A stretch of 62,297 nt of DNA, filler included, from Rhabdomonas costata (lineage: Eukaryota): assembly GCA_019059605.1 (NCBI GenBank). It is 36 parts of 36 records of this genome, joined end to end, with 100 filler letters (N's around TTAATTAATTAA, not from the genome) between each part and the next. Parts side by side here need not be neighbours in the genome. Positions count along the whole stretch, not along the records: positions 1 to 1,634 come from JAHMHO010011594.1; positions 1,735 to 3,368 come from JAHMHO010011595.1; positions 3,469 to 5,103 come from JAHMHO010011596.1; positions 5,204 to 6,837 come from JAHMHO010011597.1; positions 6,938 to 8,570 come from JAHMHO010011598.1; positions 8,671 to 10,304 come from JAHMHO010011599.1; positions 10,405 to 12,038 come from JAHMHO010011600.1; 29 more parts are not named here. The stretch is one strand, 5' to 3'. The position numbers and the translations under genes are program-made. The notes under the pieces are model-generated. The model searched no databases. It saw only the letters and a program-made list of their open reading frames with translations, and had not been told where the DNA came from. This document shows, one piece after another, positions 1-11,850 of this stretch; the first letter of the stretch is position 1; every line of letters begins with the position of its first letter.

Positions 1-334
1 GTTTTTGGGTATCGCGAGAGGGAGTCTGCCTCCTCGCGCGCAACAGCTCCACCACAGGATGACGGCGGTGAGGGTAGGGGGCGACAAAAGTTATACACCA
101 ACCAGCAGCGCGATGCCCACCAAAGTGGCATAAGGCGCCAGCTGCGAAAGTCGGAATTTACATGCAACAAGAGCCTCCTCAAAATCAGGCATGGACGCTA
201 ACAACATCGCGACAAAAAGGACAATTTGCGTGAAAGCCCGGACCAAGGGGAGAAACACTGAACGCGTGCAAGCTGCTTGCCCAGAAGGAACGGCTCCCCA
301 GAAGCGTACAATTGGCAAACCAGCGAGTCTATCC

Positions 335-1409
335 TCACCGAGTGGCGAGCCACTCCAGAACTCCGACAACACCGCCAAACACCACCACTGCTGGCGGGGG
401 CACCGAGAGTAGCCCCACGGCAGCGAAAGTCAGGGCGGTAAGAATGACGTACAGCGAGTGCCCGTCCAGAGAGGTCGCCGAGCCATCTGGCTGAGAAACC
501 GCCTTCTGCCACAGAATGTACACGGCGTAGAACACCAGCCCGACCTGAGAGAATTCAGGCAAGATCCAGGAAACATTGGATTTAACACGAGGACACACTT
601 TTTTCGGACATCAGTTCACAGCCAACCGGCGCTGAGATCAGCGGGCATAGAAAAGTGTTCCACGACTAAGTTCGACCTGGAGCTACTTGGTCTGCTCACT
701 CATTCCATGCGACGATGCCGATTGAGTTAGTGCTGCTTGACGCAGCTTTGCTTGTCCTATGATGTGCATGGGCTCTTTCGATGCGCTGAGCAGCGCTGGC
801 AGAAAGTTTTGGTCAGTAAACGGCACGAAGACACACCCATTCATGGGCAAAAAGATCGGAATTTATATCCCCGGCAGGGACCCCAGGAAAGCTAGAAAGT
901 TTTGTCAGCTTTGGTGTTGAAATGTCAAACGCCAAGCTAAGGATATAGTCTGACATACGTTCGAAGGCGTTGTCGGTTTCGTCCTGATTTGGTGCAGTTT
1001 CGACAGACGCTATAGATCACAAGACAGCCGGAGGAGCCCACAGAACGTGCCAAACTGAAATTTATCAACACTCATCCTCGGGGCGTACTTCTGGTCAGCG
1101 GTCATTTTCATTTCAACCTCGCAACCCTTGCACCGTCGACACTGGACTCTCAAACTCCTGTAAAATGCATCAGCATATGCAAGAACACGCGAACGCGTAT
1201 GCACACCGCGGCTGCGGAGACCCCACGGAGCACCGACTTAATCGACGGGCGCCCTCGCAGGTGCTTCCACAGGGGCAGCAGCCCAAGCTTCAGGGCAATC
1301 CCCGGAAAAAAGATCCCGAAGTACCCCAGGATCGCGCCCAGAATGGCGTAGGAGGTGGGGTCCCGCATCGCCAGAGCCCCGCAGTAGGCCCCGAAGTTGA
1401 AGTTGGGTC
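335..1409 (-). CDS. Chromate transporter (CHR family), C-terminal two exons (1409-1207, 544-335)
   Basis: GPNFNFGAYCG...GIFFPG...LRGVSAAA|VGLVFYAVYILW matches eukaryotic CHR motifs; the GT-AG intron joins in phase 0; stop at 335. Confidence 0.85.
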
Positions 1410-1634
1410 CTATGTGAAAGATCTGAGTGGCAGCCTGCGAGGCGCTGCTTATAACTTCGTTCCCCCACATAACTTCAAAGATACTAATTACTATCCATTG
1501 CAACTCCGATACATTTTCGAACTGCACCCTGCGAATGCGGCCCACACAGCCTCATGCCAACACTCAGGCCGCTGAACGCGGGTGTTAACAAGGTAGCAGG
1601 GTAGGGTCTGCTACCTTGTTAACAACCCAAACCC

Positions 1635-1734
1635 NNNNNNNNNNNNNNNNNNNNNNNNNNNNNNNNNNNNNNNNNNNNTTAATTAATTAANNNNNNNNNN
1701 NNNNNNNNNNNNNNNNNNNNNNNNNNNNNNNNNN
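1635..1734. other. Artificial contig spacer (N44-TTAATTAATTAA-N44); first of 35 such spacers separating 36 contigs of ~1.63 kb
   Basis: The identical N-run/TTAATTAATTAA/N-run (stops in all six frames) recurs every ~1733 nt, and the flanking sequences are unrelated. Confidence 0.99.
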
Positions 1735-2462
1735 TGTTGGTAGTGCCTTTGCATTGGGACATAGGGTTGAGAAGAGGAGGGATGGATCCGGGCATGAAAG
1801 AGGGAACTGTCCCTAAGCCGAAAAGTTGTTTCTCGCACACTCACACGCCCCCACTCCGTGACTCCGCGGTCCCTCTGCGTAGACCTGCGTGGACGGGATG
1901 GAGGGGGATACACTTGCTCACCAGACTTTGTTGAATCGATGCAAATCCCCCTCAACCATAAATATCTCGTGCTACAGCCCAACTCGAATCGAAGGTGAGT
2001 AAATCCTGGGCATAAAGCAGTATGAATACCTTAGAGCCAAATTGATGGTGTCATGCACAAAACCTCCGAACTAGGGGAGTCGACCTGAGGGAGTGTGGTG
2101 AACAATCCTGAACCGGTGGTTGATTGCATGCGATGGTGCTTCGAAGCGCACCTGGGACATCGTCATACGACCAAGGTTGCTGGTGGTCCCTGAGCCGTTG
2201 CGTGGTGCACATTCGACGCACGAGCCGACCATCCAATTGAAATTACCTCGTTCCCTCGTCTCCTGCTCGGCCTGTCCGCTTCTCTGCGAGTGGCTTGAAA
2301 GGCTTCACTTGAAAGTGGTCCAGTGGCCACGCAAATAAGGTAGGACTTTCCTTGGGTCACTGTAGGAAATTTTGGTGCCTGTTATCGTTGTCAATATGTA
2401 ATTATCTGAGTTTTTTTTGGGTTGTCTACTTGGCAGCACGTTTTGTGGAGTGCACAGCACAG

Positions 2463-3345
2463 GTTGTCAGCGAAAGGGGTCAGGGTGGGGCCTCACACGG
2501 TCGTCATTCGGTGTGCTTTGCAGAAGGCCATCCTGATCCAGGCGTACAAGGACCAGGAGCTGCGTGGGGGCCCCACGAACAATCACTGGATGTCGCTGGA
2601 GGTATCCCTGGAGCAGTCATCCCATACACATCTTTTCATGCAGCGGTATGTTCTTTCTCTGGTCAAAAGTCCAATGACCCTTTCGCAGAAGCGAAAGGGA
2701 CAAGGCTGGCACTTCAACTCATTTCCTTTTTTCATCTCCTGCAGAGGCATTCAGCTCCGTTCCCAAAAGACGCGTGCGGATGTTCACACGAATGAAAAGA
2801 GAGCGACTTAGTTTCTCTCTTACCAAACATTTGAGGTTGTCTCCATCGAAAATGGGTTGTACTGAACCTTTGAACGTTGAACTTTTTTGTTCGGGTTGAA
2901 CTTTGAGGTCCCCCATTGAGGTTTGAGGTTTTATCGAACCCTATGGCTTGCATTGAATTGAACTTTGAGGATTGTGCAACCCTGAGCGGAATTCACTTTC
3001 TTCATTAGGAATGAAAAATGGAAGAGCCGATAAGAGGTCGGTCTGAGGGTGCAAGGACACGCCACATACCTTTCGGGATGCCCACTGTCATGAAAAAGAC
3101 CCCGGGGCCTGCGTCGGCTTTGCCTTGATCATTTCCAATATGTTCTCCTTCTTCCACCTCTTTATACTTCGCTTATGTGCGCTGTGAACCTTTATGTACC
3201 AACACCCTGGCCCTGCTCAGATCCCTGGCGACACGGTTGTGTATGGGGACACCCCGGATGCGGATCACACCGTACCCCCGGAGGACTTCCAGCCCATCGA
3301 GAACCTCAAGCTCACGGGCGACCGAGTCTTCGTGTGCACCCCTCT
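2463..3345 (+). CDS. Unknown protein, probable exons ~2463-2645 and ~3221-3331
   Basis: GC3-rich codon usage bounded by AG/GT; the two phases do not join directly, so the model is incomplete. Confidence 0.4.
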
Positions 3346-4269
3346 CCCCCTCCGCCACCACACACCCCNNNNNNNNNNNNNNNNNNNNNNNNNNNNNNNN
3401 NNNNNNNNNNNNTTAATTAATTAANNNNNNNNNNNNNNNNNNNNNNNNNNNNNNNNNNNNNNNNNNNNACCCGCTTGAACAGCTCCGTCTCCATCGTGTA
3501 GGCATGTACCGAGGCCACGTTGGAGACGGAGCTGTTCAAGCGGGTTGGACTGAGCATCACTTTCCTACTTCACAATCCCTGCTTCGTCCCCTGTCTCCCT
3601 CTTCTACGTCCTGCCTTTTAGGCGCCTCCTTTAAAGAAATGAGTTGGAAGGTGCAGGGGAAAAGATTGGAGGAAACGAAAAGCCATTATCTGCACACTGC
3701 TGGTACGAATCGACTGATTTAGTGAGTTCGGTGTTCAAGATTGCAGAGGCAAGGAGCACCGAAACAAACCAGTCAGACTCGTGGGCAATCATTTACGGAG
3801 GTCGGAAAGATGGGCGGATGATGGGGCAAAGTCGGAGGACAACTGAACAAGATCGCGCCGGATGAAGAGGAAAGTGCGGAGCGTCCGCGTAACTGATCGT
3901 ACACAGAACAGAAGGGGCAGTGAAACGGTGACCCCAGAGAGGGAGGAACAAGCTTGACGACCAGGCGTGAGGGCGCTGGGGAAAGAGAGCGAGAAAGCCG
4001 GACGGAAAGATATTACACTTGTGTGCTGAGCAGGGCAAACCCAAACCCTCAGCTATGCATGGTATGCATGTTACATACAAAGCACGCCATACGGAATGAC
4101 ACCCCCCCCTGACCGATCTAGCAGGTATGCTGGTACGAGCCCCATGGAAGGCCCAATAATTTCTATGCCAGAGGAGCATGGAGAGCTGCTCGAAGAGAAG
4201 CAAACAGGCCAGCCGTTAATGAGGAAAGTCTTTCCTATGTTTGGTCACACTACCTGGTCACCCTCACAG

Positions 4270-5090
4270 GCTAACTTCGCGCTGCGGACGAACTCCGTGG
4301 AGGAGCTGCCGCGGGTGCGGGACTTCGTGGTGCACCTGGACCGCAGCCTGGCCGCGCTGCCTCCAGTGCAGCTCACGGTGCAGCTCTTCCGCGGGATCAA
4401 CGTCCCTGTGGACCCGGTGAGAGCCCACCTCCCACCGCTGTGCCTTTTGCTTCAACGCCGTCCTTTCCCATTCCCACGCTCATCTTTCATAGGACCAATG
4501 GGCAAGGGGTGACATGCCGACGCCGCAGAAGTTAAACGGCGATACAGATGATACCCAACGGGGTCTGGTTCGGTTTCCACTTCTCAAGAAAGGAAAACTT
4601 CGGCGATTGCTCACATCTGGTTAGAAAAGGAAAATTTTTCGTATACACATTGCCCGAGCAACGCGACACGTGGGCACTGCTCGCGGCTTAGCTGCCCCCC
4701 CCTCCCAACCCTGAGTCCATTTATAGGGCCTTTTTTCGTCCCTTTGAGGACTTTGCTCGTGACTGGCACGGCAAAAAGCTGTTAGTTGGTACTTCCTGCA
4801 GCGCCCCAAAGTGTGCCAATAGCTAACAGCCAACACTGTGTCTTTTAGTGTTAGTTTCAGTCCGTTGAGCTATCCATTTCTCCTTCCTCGGATGCCCTGG
4901 CCCCCAAAAGGCGCTGTACTGCGAGGGCAGCTACGTGGTTTGGCCGGCCTTCTCGTCGACGACCTTCGACGGGGACGTGGCGCGGAAGTTCTTCGAGGCC
5001 AAGCGGGGCGCTAAGGCCACTGGGGCGATGTTCATCCTCACCGCTCTGCCCGGGGGCCGCAGCCGCGGCCGCGCAATCCACGAGTTCTCA
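4270..5090 (+). CDS. ADP-ribosyltransferase (R-S-E/ARTC-like) domain protein, exons 4270-4416 and 4911 to contig end
   Basis: NFALR...LDRSLAALP...LFRGI (catalytic R), WPAFSSTT (STS motif), GAMFIL...GRAIHEFS; phase-0 GT-AG intron; the catalytic E would lie beyond the contig end. Confidence 0.8.
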
Positions 5091-5444
5091 GCCACCCCAC
5101 AAANNNNNNNNNNNNNNNNNNNNNNNNNNNNNNNNNNNNNNNNNNNNTTAATTAATTAANNNNNNNNNNNNNNNNNNNNNNNNNNNNNNNNNNNNNNNNN
5201 NNNTTGTGGGCAGGCGAAAAGACAATTTCAAAAGATCGACAACCCTGCAAGGAGAGCAGGAGAGGAGATCTCCCCATTGCTCGCTATACGGTATATATTG
5301 AGAAACGGGGAGATCTCCTCTCCTGCTCTCCTTGCAGGGTTGTCGATCTTTTGAAATTGTCTTTTCGCCTGCTCACAACCTAAACTTATGTGTGTGCCTG
5401 TGTTTTGTGCTCCTGGCCTGTGCCGTTTTCATTGTGGGTTACAG

Positions 5445-6760
5445 GAATGAACTACCTGCACACGCTGTGCCCACCCGTTATTCACCGCGACTTAAAAAGC
5501 CCCAACGTGCTGATCAACGACTACAACATGATCAAGCTGTGCGACTTCGGAATGGCCCGCACCAAGCAGCAAACAGTGATTCACACCAAGGGCATGGGTA
5601 TGCCCTGCTCGCTATTGTTGAATGTCTCCTTTGGTATTATTTTGCCACCCAGTCGACGTTTTACTTCCTCTGGACATGAGTCAATTTGGGTTCCAAAACT
5701 TTTCCGCAAATCCGTGCCGCGCAGTAAGCTGAAAAAGTTTACCAAAAAAAACCTGGACGTATGTCGTTGGAAACCAAACCCGCTTTTGTGTTTCTACCCT
5801 GCAAGGTGTCAGGTGCGGATCTTCTGCGTCCTCCCCCTATTTCGCTCACAGGTGGATCCCCGCTGTGGATGGCACCAGGTGCGTGCGCGATTCTTGGGGT
5901 CTCTTCATCTGAGGGTTCCTCTCTTGGAGCCACGTTGCGACCTTGGCCTGTTGCTTCTCCACCGTGTTTTGGTCATTTCCGTTTTGTTTGGGGAGCAATG
6001 CTATTATTCTGGGTGTTTTTTGATCTCAGGGGAGACCCTGCGCCTTTCTGGGATTGCCTCCTTCTATCGGAGTCCTTTATGCATTATGGTTGGCCTCGCG
6101 CCCCAGCCGGGGAAGGGCTTGTCCTTGTTTTTTTTCTCATTGGGATCGAGAATGGACCATCCTTTGCCACCTTTTGGGTCGGGATCCCACTGGTTCGTTT
6201 GCACTAGTCGCAGTTCGAGCGTCATGCATGTCCAAGGACTCTGCAAAAAGAGTGTCTCCGGGGAGCAGTGAAAAAACAACCGCTACCCAACTCGAACCCT
6301 GACCTTAATGCCCAGATTTGCATTCACGTAGTGGGGGTCCACAAGTTATTGTTAATTAAAAGGTGGGACACCAAACAAAAACCGCGGTCACACACATCAG
6401 ATGGGAGATTCGATGCTGTGCCTACCCTAATGCGGAGGGGATTGGGACGGCACCTCAGAATGCCTCCGTGGCGAGGCCTTCGCGGAGAAGTCCGACGTCT
6501 ACAGCTTCGGGGTGGTGATGTGGGAGATCCTCACCCGTGAGGTGCCTTGGGAGGACAAGGAGATGATCCAGCTGATCGGGCTGGTAGGGTTCCGCCACCA
6601 GACCCTGAAGATCCCGCCGCCCCGGAAGTGGCCCAAGGGCTGCCCCCAGCAGTACGTCTCCATCATGCAAAGCACGTGGAAGGCCGTGCCCCAGGACCGA
6701 CCCTCCTTCGCCGACCTCGTGCCCGTGTTTGAGGACCTCGCCATGATGCATACGCGATAG
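5445..6760 (+). CDS. TKL/Raf-like protein kinase, C-terminal lobe; exons 5445-5597, 5852-5878, 6459-6760
   Basis: GMNYLH..IHRDLKSPN..KLCDFG..GGSPLWMAPECLRG..KSDVYSFGVVMWE..RPSF, with canonical phase-1 introns. Confidence 0.95.
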
Positions 6761-7496
6761 CCCTTGACACCCAAGTCCAGCCTTCTCAGGACGACCCAAG
6801 ACCACGACAACCCCAACATACACCCCCCCCCACCCCCNNNNNNNNNNNNNNNNNNNNNNNNNNNNNNNNNNNNNNNNNNNNTTAATTAATTAANNNNNNN
6901 NNNNNNNNNNNNNNNNNNNNNNNNNNNNNNNNNNNNNGTGGGGTTGGTGGCCAAATACAGCGAGATCATGTTGAGCTGGAATAAGCAGCACGCTTTCCTG
7001 AAAATTCCGCTGTGTACAATTGACGTCCTTCCCCTGATTCCAGATTCCGTTGAGGATTTTGCAGGTGGGGTAATGGACGATGCATCTTTGCTTGCGGAAA
7101 TCTGTCCAGGTCGTTGCCATGTGCAGATCACTATGCACGCGTTTGCCTAGCGGGAGGGCGCGCCGAACGTACCATGCCCTGATTCAAACAGCCGATTTGC
7201 AGGGGAGTAGGGAAGTGATGCACATTCCCTTGAATTCGTGCATCACGGCATCAAACCGGCACGCGTGCGCGCACACGCACATACATCTCGCTGTCACTTC
7301 CACTTCTCCAATGGCAGCTCAACGTAAACCCACACCAAGCCTCTGAGGGGCAGCCATCCTCTGGAAGCTCTTTTTCAATTGAACAAGAGCAGCCCGTCTT
7401 GAACGCATGCGACAGAAAAGAGAACGTCCGGTTTTCCCACGCTTGGGATCTTCATTTACGCTGCTTCTTATATTTGGCATTGTGCCTCACTGGCAG

Positions 7497-8396
7497 AGGC
7501 GTACTCCTGCATTGCGACCACTGCTCCCGCGAAGTTTGCCACGGACTGCCCCGCGGGCAGCTCGTGCGGCACTGTCTCGTGCGCCACGGGGTACTACCCC
7601 AGCCCGTGGTACATGACACCCATCGCGTATTGCAGTTCCAACGGCGCCAGCTGGACCTATTACTACTGCGGTGTGTGTGTGTGTGTGTTTGCCTGCATCG
7701 GGGAACCTCGAGTCCTCCCGCCAAAAAACTCTCTCCTTGCATATCACCACGTGTTTACTGCATATATTGTCCGCTTCACTTTCAAACTGATAGCTGAGAA
7801 ATTTTGCCCAGAAGCGACCTTTCGGACTTCATTGCAAAAATCATGGAGAAAAAATGAAACCTGGAAACTGAAATGGGGCATCTGTTCCCCATTTCGCGTC
7901 GGTGCGCAGTTGTTTCACATGCTTCCTGACTGGATGTCAAAATTTCTTTTTTGTGAAGCGAGACATATGTGCGTGCGTGTACCGGAATGTGTTTCTGTGC
8001 AACTGTTTTCATGTTGCAGGTGGCTTGGTCTGATTGTACACCCTGGACCGTATTTTTCCTGGTTGCTTTCCATCGTGGAAACAGTTTCATTGCTTCATCT
8101 CCCCTACTCCGAGGCGACAACAATGTTTTTGTGCTACTCTCCCCACCCTTGCTCCGCTGACTTCCCCTGTGAGGTCTACGGTTATGCCTCCTGCACGTGC
8201 CTTTTCGCTCACGGTTTCGCAGATATTGCCTGCATCGCCACGACGGCCCCCGCGGGGTACGTTGGGAACTGTGCCGCGGGGCAGACCTGCACGGGGGTGA
8301 CGTGCGCACCGGGGTACTTCACCTACCCGGGGTGGGCCACCCCTGGTGCGACGTGCAGCATGAATGCGGGCGACAGCTTCCAATACGAAAACTGTG
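7497..8396 (+). CDS. Cys-rich repeat (probably extracellular) protein; two 174-nt exons, 7497-7670 and 8223-8396
   Basis: The exons encode homologous 58-aa modules (CIATTAPA..C..G..C..V.CA.GY..C..C), both AG/GT bounded and phase 1-1. Confidence 0.85.
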
Positions 8397-8672
8397 GTAC
8401 TGCTTCAGCTACAGCTTGCGTTTTATTTTGATGCTATGCCTCACTGTGACATGTTCCACCTGTTGTACTTGCTGGGCTTTCTGGCAGTGACATTATATTC
8501 GCAGTTCAGGTCCTGTCGCATAGAGTCGGCCGAGAAAAAGAGACGTGAAAAAGGGAATATAACCACCCACNNNNNNNNNNNNNNNNNNNNNNNNNNNNNN
8601 NNNNNNNNNNNNNNTTAATTAATTAANNNNNNNNNNNNNNNNNNNNNNNNNNNNNNNNNNNNNNNNNNNNTG

Positions 8673-10245
8673 TTGGGGGGTAGGAAACCCAACGCGTTCA
8701 GTGTGGTGGCGAGGGCGCAGCGCCATTTTCCCATGGTTGCCAGAGAAGACTGGTTGACGACCCACTTGCACTGTATGACGAAGCCGAAGACGGAAGCGGT
8801 GGGAAAAGCCTCTCAAGATATGCCAGTGCACCAAAAGCATGCCAGGTATCTCAGTCCTCGAAATGCTTCGGCGGCGGTTGCTGTGGCGCGACCACCACTA
8901 CCGATGCACTGCAAACCCGAGGTACTTGATTGTGGTGAGGAGGACTGCCCCAGCCCTGCCCCGTGCCTTCCCTTACCCATCCCCCAGAGCGCAGGAAGCA
9001 GTCTAATTGGTGAGCGTGTCCTGAAGCCTCTGAATTCCTCTCGATCACCGAGGGCTTTGCCTGGGGCTGAGACGAGTTGCGAGCACAAAGAAATTCCCTC
9101 CGCCTTTGCAAAGGGTGTGGGTCGTCCTGTTCGGGTTCCGGGTGTCGTGCAGCGTATTGGGCGACCCTGCGCAAACTCTCCAAAGGCTCGTTCCGAATCT
9201 CAGGAATACCGTGGGGCGCCGTCTTCCTCTGGTCTCCTGTTCCCCGACTCAGTGTGCCATCCTACTGCAGCCACCGCTCCTCTGTCAGCTGTCTTCCTCA
9301 GTGAAACTGCGAAAACGCTTCAGCAAGTTTCCCAACCACATCCCTCTGCAAGCCCTGAAAGTGTACAGGAAGCCCCCCTTGAGTCAGATATTCCCTTTTC
9401 TGAGGAACCTGTTCCCTGTGTAGTACTTCCTGCGGAGCACATGGAGCCACTCAGTGGAGCTGCGCTGCCCCCCACCTTCCCTGCAAATTCTCGCCTTGAT
9501 CTTCCCGTTGAAGTGGCTGGGAATAATCAGCAACAGGTGCCCCCTTTCACCAATTGCATTCCAACGGTTTCCACTCATATTCTTCAGGCTTGACTCTGAA
9601 TCGTAGCTTGTTTCCTTGTTTCCTACTTTGCACCCAAAAAGTGCCCGCGAGTCAACTGGATTTGCTTTCTCCTGAAACTGATTTTGTTCTCTTTTTAGAC
9701 TGCTGAGAGAGTTATTACCGACGTCGCAACCCACTTTCTCCAGAATGCGATCCCGGGCGGAGACTTGACATGTGCTTCTTCTTCTGTGGAGCTTTTGCAT
9801 CAGCGCTTCGCTGAACCGGAACTCACAGAGGTATGTGTGAGCAGTAATCACTTTCCCTTGTGTGCAACGACCAGATGAGAGGAAAATGATTTGCTGTGGT
9901 TTCAGACCCCAGACCCAGACCCAAGCCCTGCTTCTGCATGGTCTTATGTGTAGTCAACGTAGTCAACGGTTTGGATTTCCAGCAGATTCCGTAAAAAGGG
10001 GCTTTGAGGGATGAAATCTCCAAAAGTGGGGACTGCCTTTTCTGATGTAATTTTTCTTATCAACGGGGGGCGTGACACCCTTTCAGGAACTGATTGACCA
10101 AGCTGTTCCGCTGGCTTCCCAAACCGAGTCGTCCCCCTCGCCAAGGCTCACAGCGATCGTTGCACCAGAGTTATCGCGCTATGCATCGAAAATCGTGGAG
10201 GCGGAGGTTTCCCGTGCTCGTGCTGCTCGTGCTGCAGCTTTGCAG
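8673..10245 (+). CDS. Large Pro/Ser-rich protein; exons ~8673-9536, 9699-9830, 10087-10245
   Basis: Long open frame plus two phase-0 AG/GT-bounded exons (132 and 159 nt) in frame. Confidence 0.6.
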
Positions 10246-10668
10246 GTATCCCCCCACCGCCACACACACACACACACACACACCCCACCACACACACCCA
10301 ACACNNNNNNNNNNNNNNNNNNNNNNNNNNNNNNNNNNNNNNNNNNNNTTAATTAATTAANNNNNNNNNNNNNNNNNNNNNNNNNNNNNNNNNNNNNNNN
10401 NNNNAGGGTGGGGAGGGGAGGGGGGGGTGATAACGTTATGTAAATTTTATGGAACGACGTTGGTGTGCGGCACCACCGTTGACGAACTTCCACAAAAGCT
10501 CAGATGGGAGAAAGACGGCGATGCACGTACCCACAGAGAGTAGGCACGAAAAAATGGAGCCTTCGGGCGTAGAGACATAGTAGCGCATGAAGGGAGAGTT
10601 AGCCAAGCGTTGGTTAACCAGAGTTCAACAGTGGAGGGGTGGGGTGGACCGGGTGGGTTCACGTGCAG

Positions 10669-11850
10669 GTGTGACCTCCAAGCAAATCGGACATGATGTG
10701 GCCGCAAACTGCCCCGCCCGTGCCGAGGCGCGCTGCTGCTCAATGGCCGTCAGCCGGCGCCGGAACTCGGCCTGCTGGGCGCGCTCCCTGACCTCCGTGA
10801 ACCATGTCCACAGCCCAGCCGCGACGACGACGACGCAGAACAGCAGCAGAGGGTTGGAAAGTACTGCGCTGACCAGCAGGAAGGGCCTAAGTTGACGAAG
10901 GAGGCGCTCCACCCACAGCGCGGTCACATTGCTGGTCGTGAACGCAGTGAGATCTGGCAAGCACTATTGCAGACGGCATTGACCAAGAGATACAAGACAA
11001 TCACAGACGCTGGCCCTGAACACGGTGAGGTCCAACAAACAATACTGAATTGGTCTCCTGTTGAGTCCTGGTATGCATCGTACTAAACGTAACTTCAATC
11101 TGGCACACCCTCCAGAGAAAAGTGGCAAGCTGGAGAAGTGCAGGGTGCTTGGCGATGCCCCAAGGCAGCGCACGCATCAGGAACCTATATCTCGGCTTGA
11201 GAGAAGACTTATTCGAGAGAGATCGCTGCGTTTTTCTATTGCGTTCTGAAACTTTCAGTTATTTTATACAAAACGAGATGGAAGTGGGGCAGGGGGGAGA
11301 AGAATACAAATATGGACGAACCACAGTATTAGCGGTTTCAGAATCGCAAATCCGACAAAGGGCAATTGAGAGAGTCCATTAATACTCGTGGGTTGTGCAA
11401 GTACTGCTCCTGCGGTGCACCCTCTCTCACTGATGTCCAGGGTTGAGTTGTCCGCAATGCCAGTGTCGTGGCCTTTAAAAATGGAACACCACCACAAACA
11501 GCAAATTCACAATTACGTTTAAGGGTGAAAAGACTGAAATGAAATGAATTTTTCTCATCGCAAGATTCGCTGGATGAATGGAGGGCAATTGTTTGCAAAA
11601 ATAAACCAAATCAAAACTATCCACTAAACCAAAAAGCACCCCTGTAACCAGAACAGCACACCCGAAAATGAGCCACTGCAGGAGACCCCATCGCTCAATA
11701 GGCTGCCGCAGACGGGTGTCAATGTCCTTTACTCCCGCAAGAACGGCCTTGTCAAGGTTCCCCGAGCGCAGCAGGGGGCGCATAACAGAGATAGCATGCT
11801 GCACGCCCGAGTCAGGCAGGGCTTCCCGGGAACCCTGACCCAACGGCAAG
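10669..11850 (-). CDS. TPM-domain-like membrane protein, multi-exon, ending in CPICLE
   Basis: GQGSREALPD..MRPLLRSGNLDKAVLAGV resembles the TPM C-terminus; hydrophobic TM segments; later exon FRRRLTAIE..SCPICLE; internal exon boundaries uncertain. Confidence 0.55.

Noticed and set aside
5211-5371. Perfect 65-bp inverted repeat; similar ones at 1583-1624, 3469-3546, 22544-22606 and 39873-40018
   Set aside because: All sit at contig termini, share no sequence with each other and have essentially perfect arms, which fits fold-back amplification or library artefacts better than MITEs or RNA hairpins
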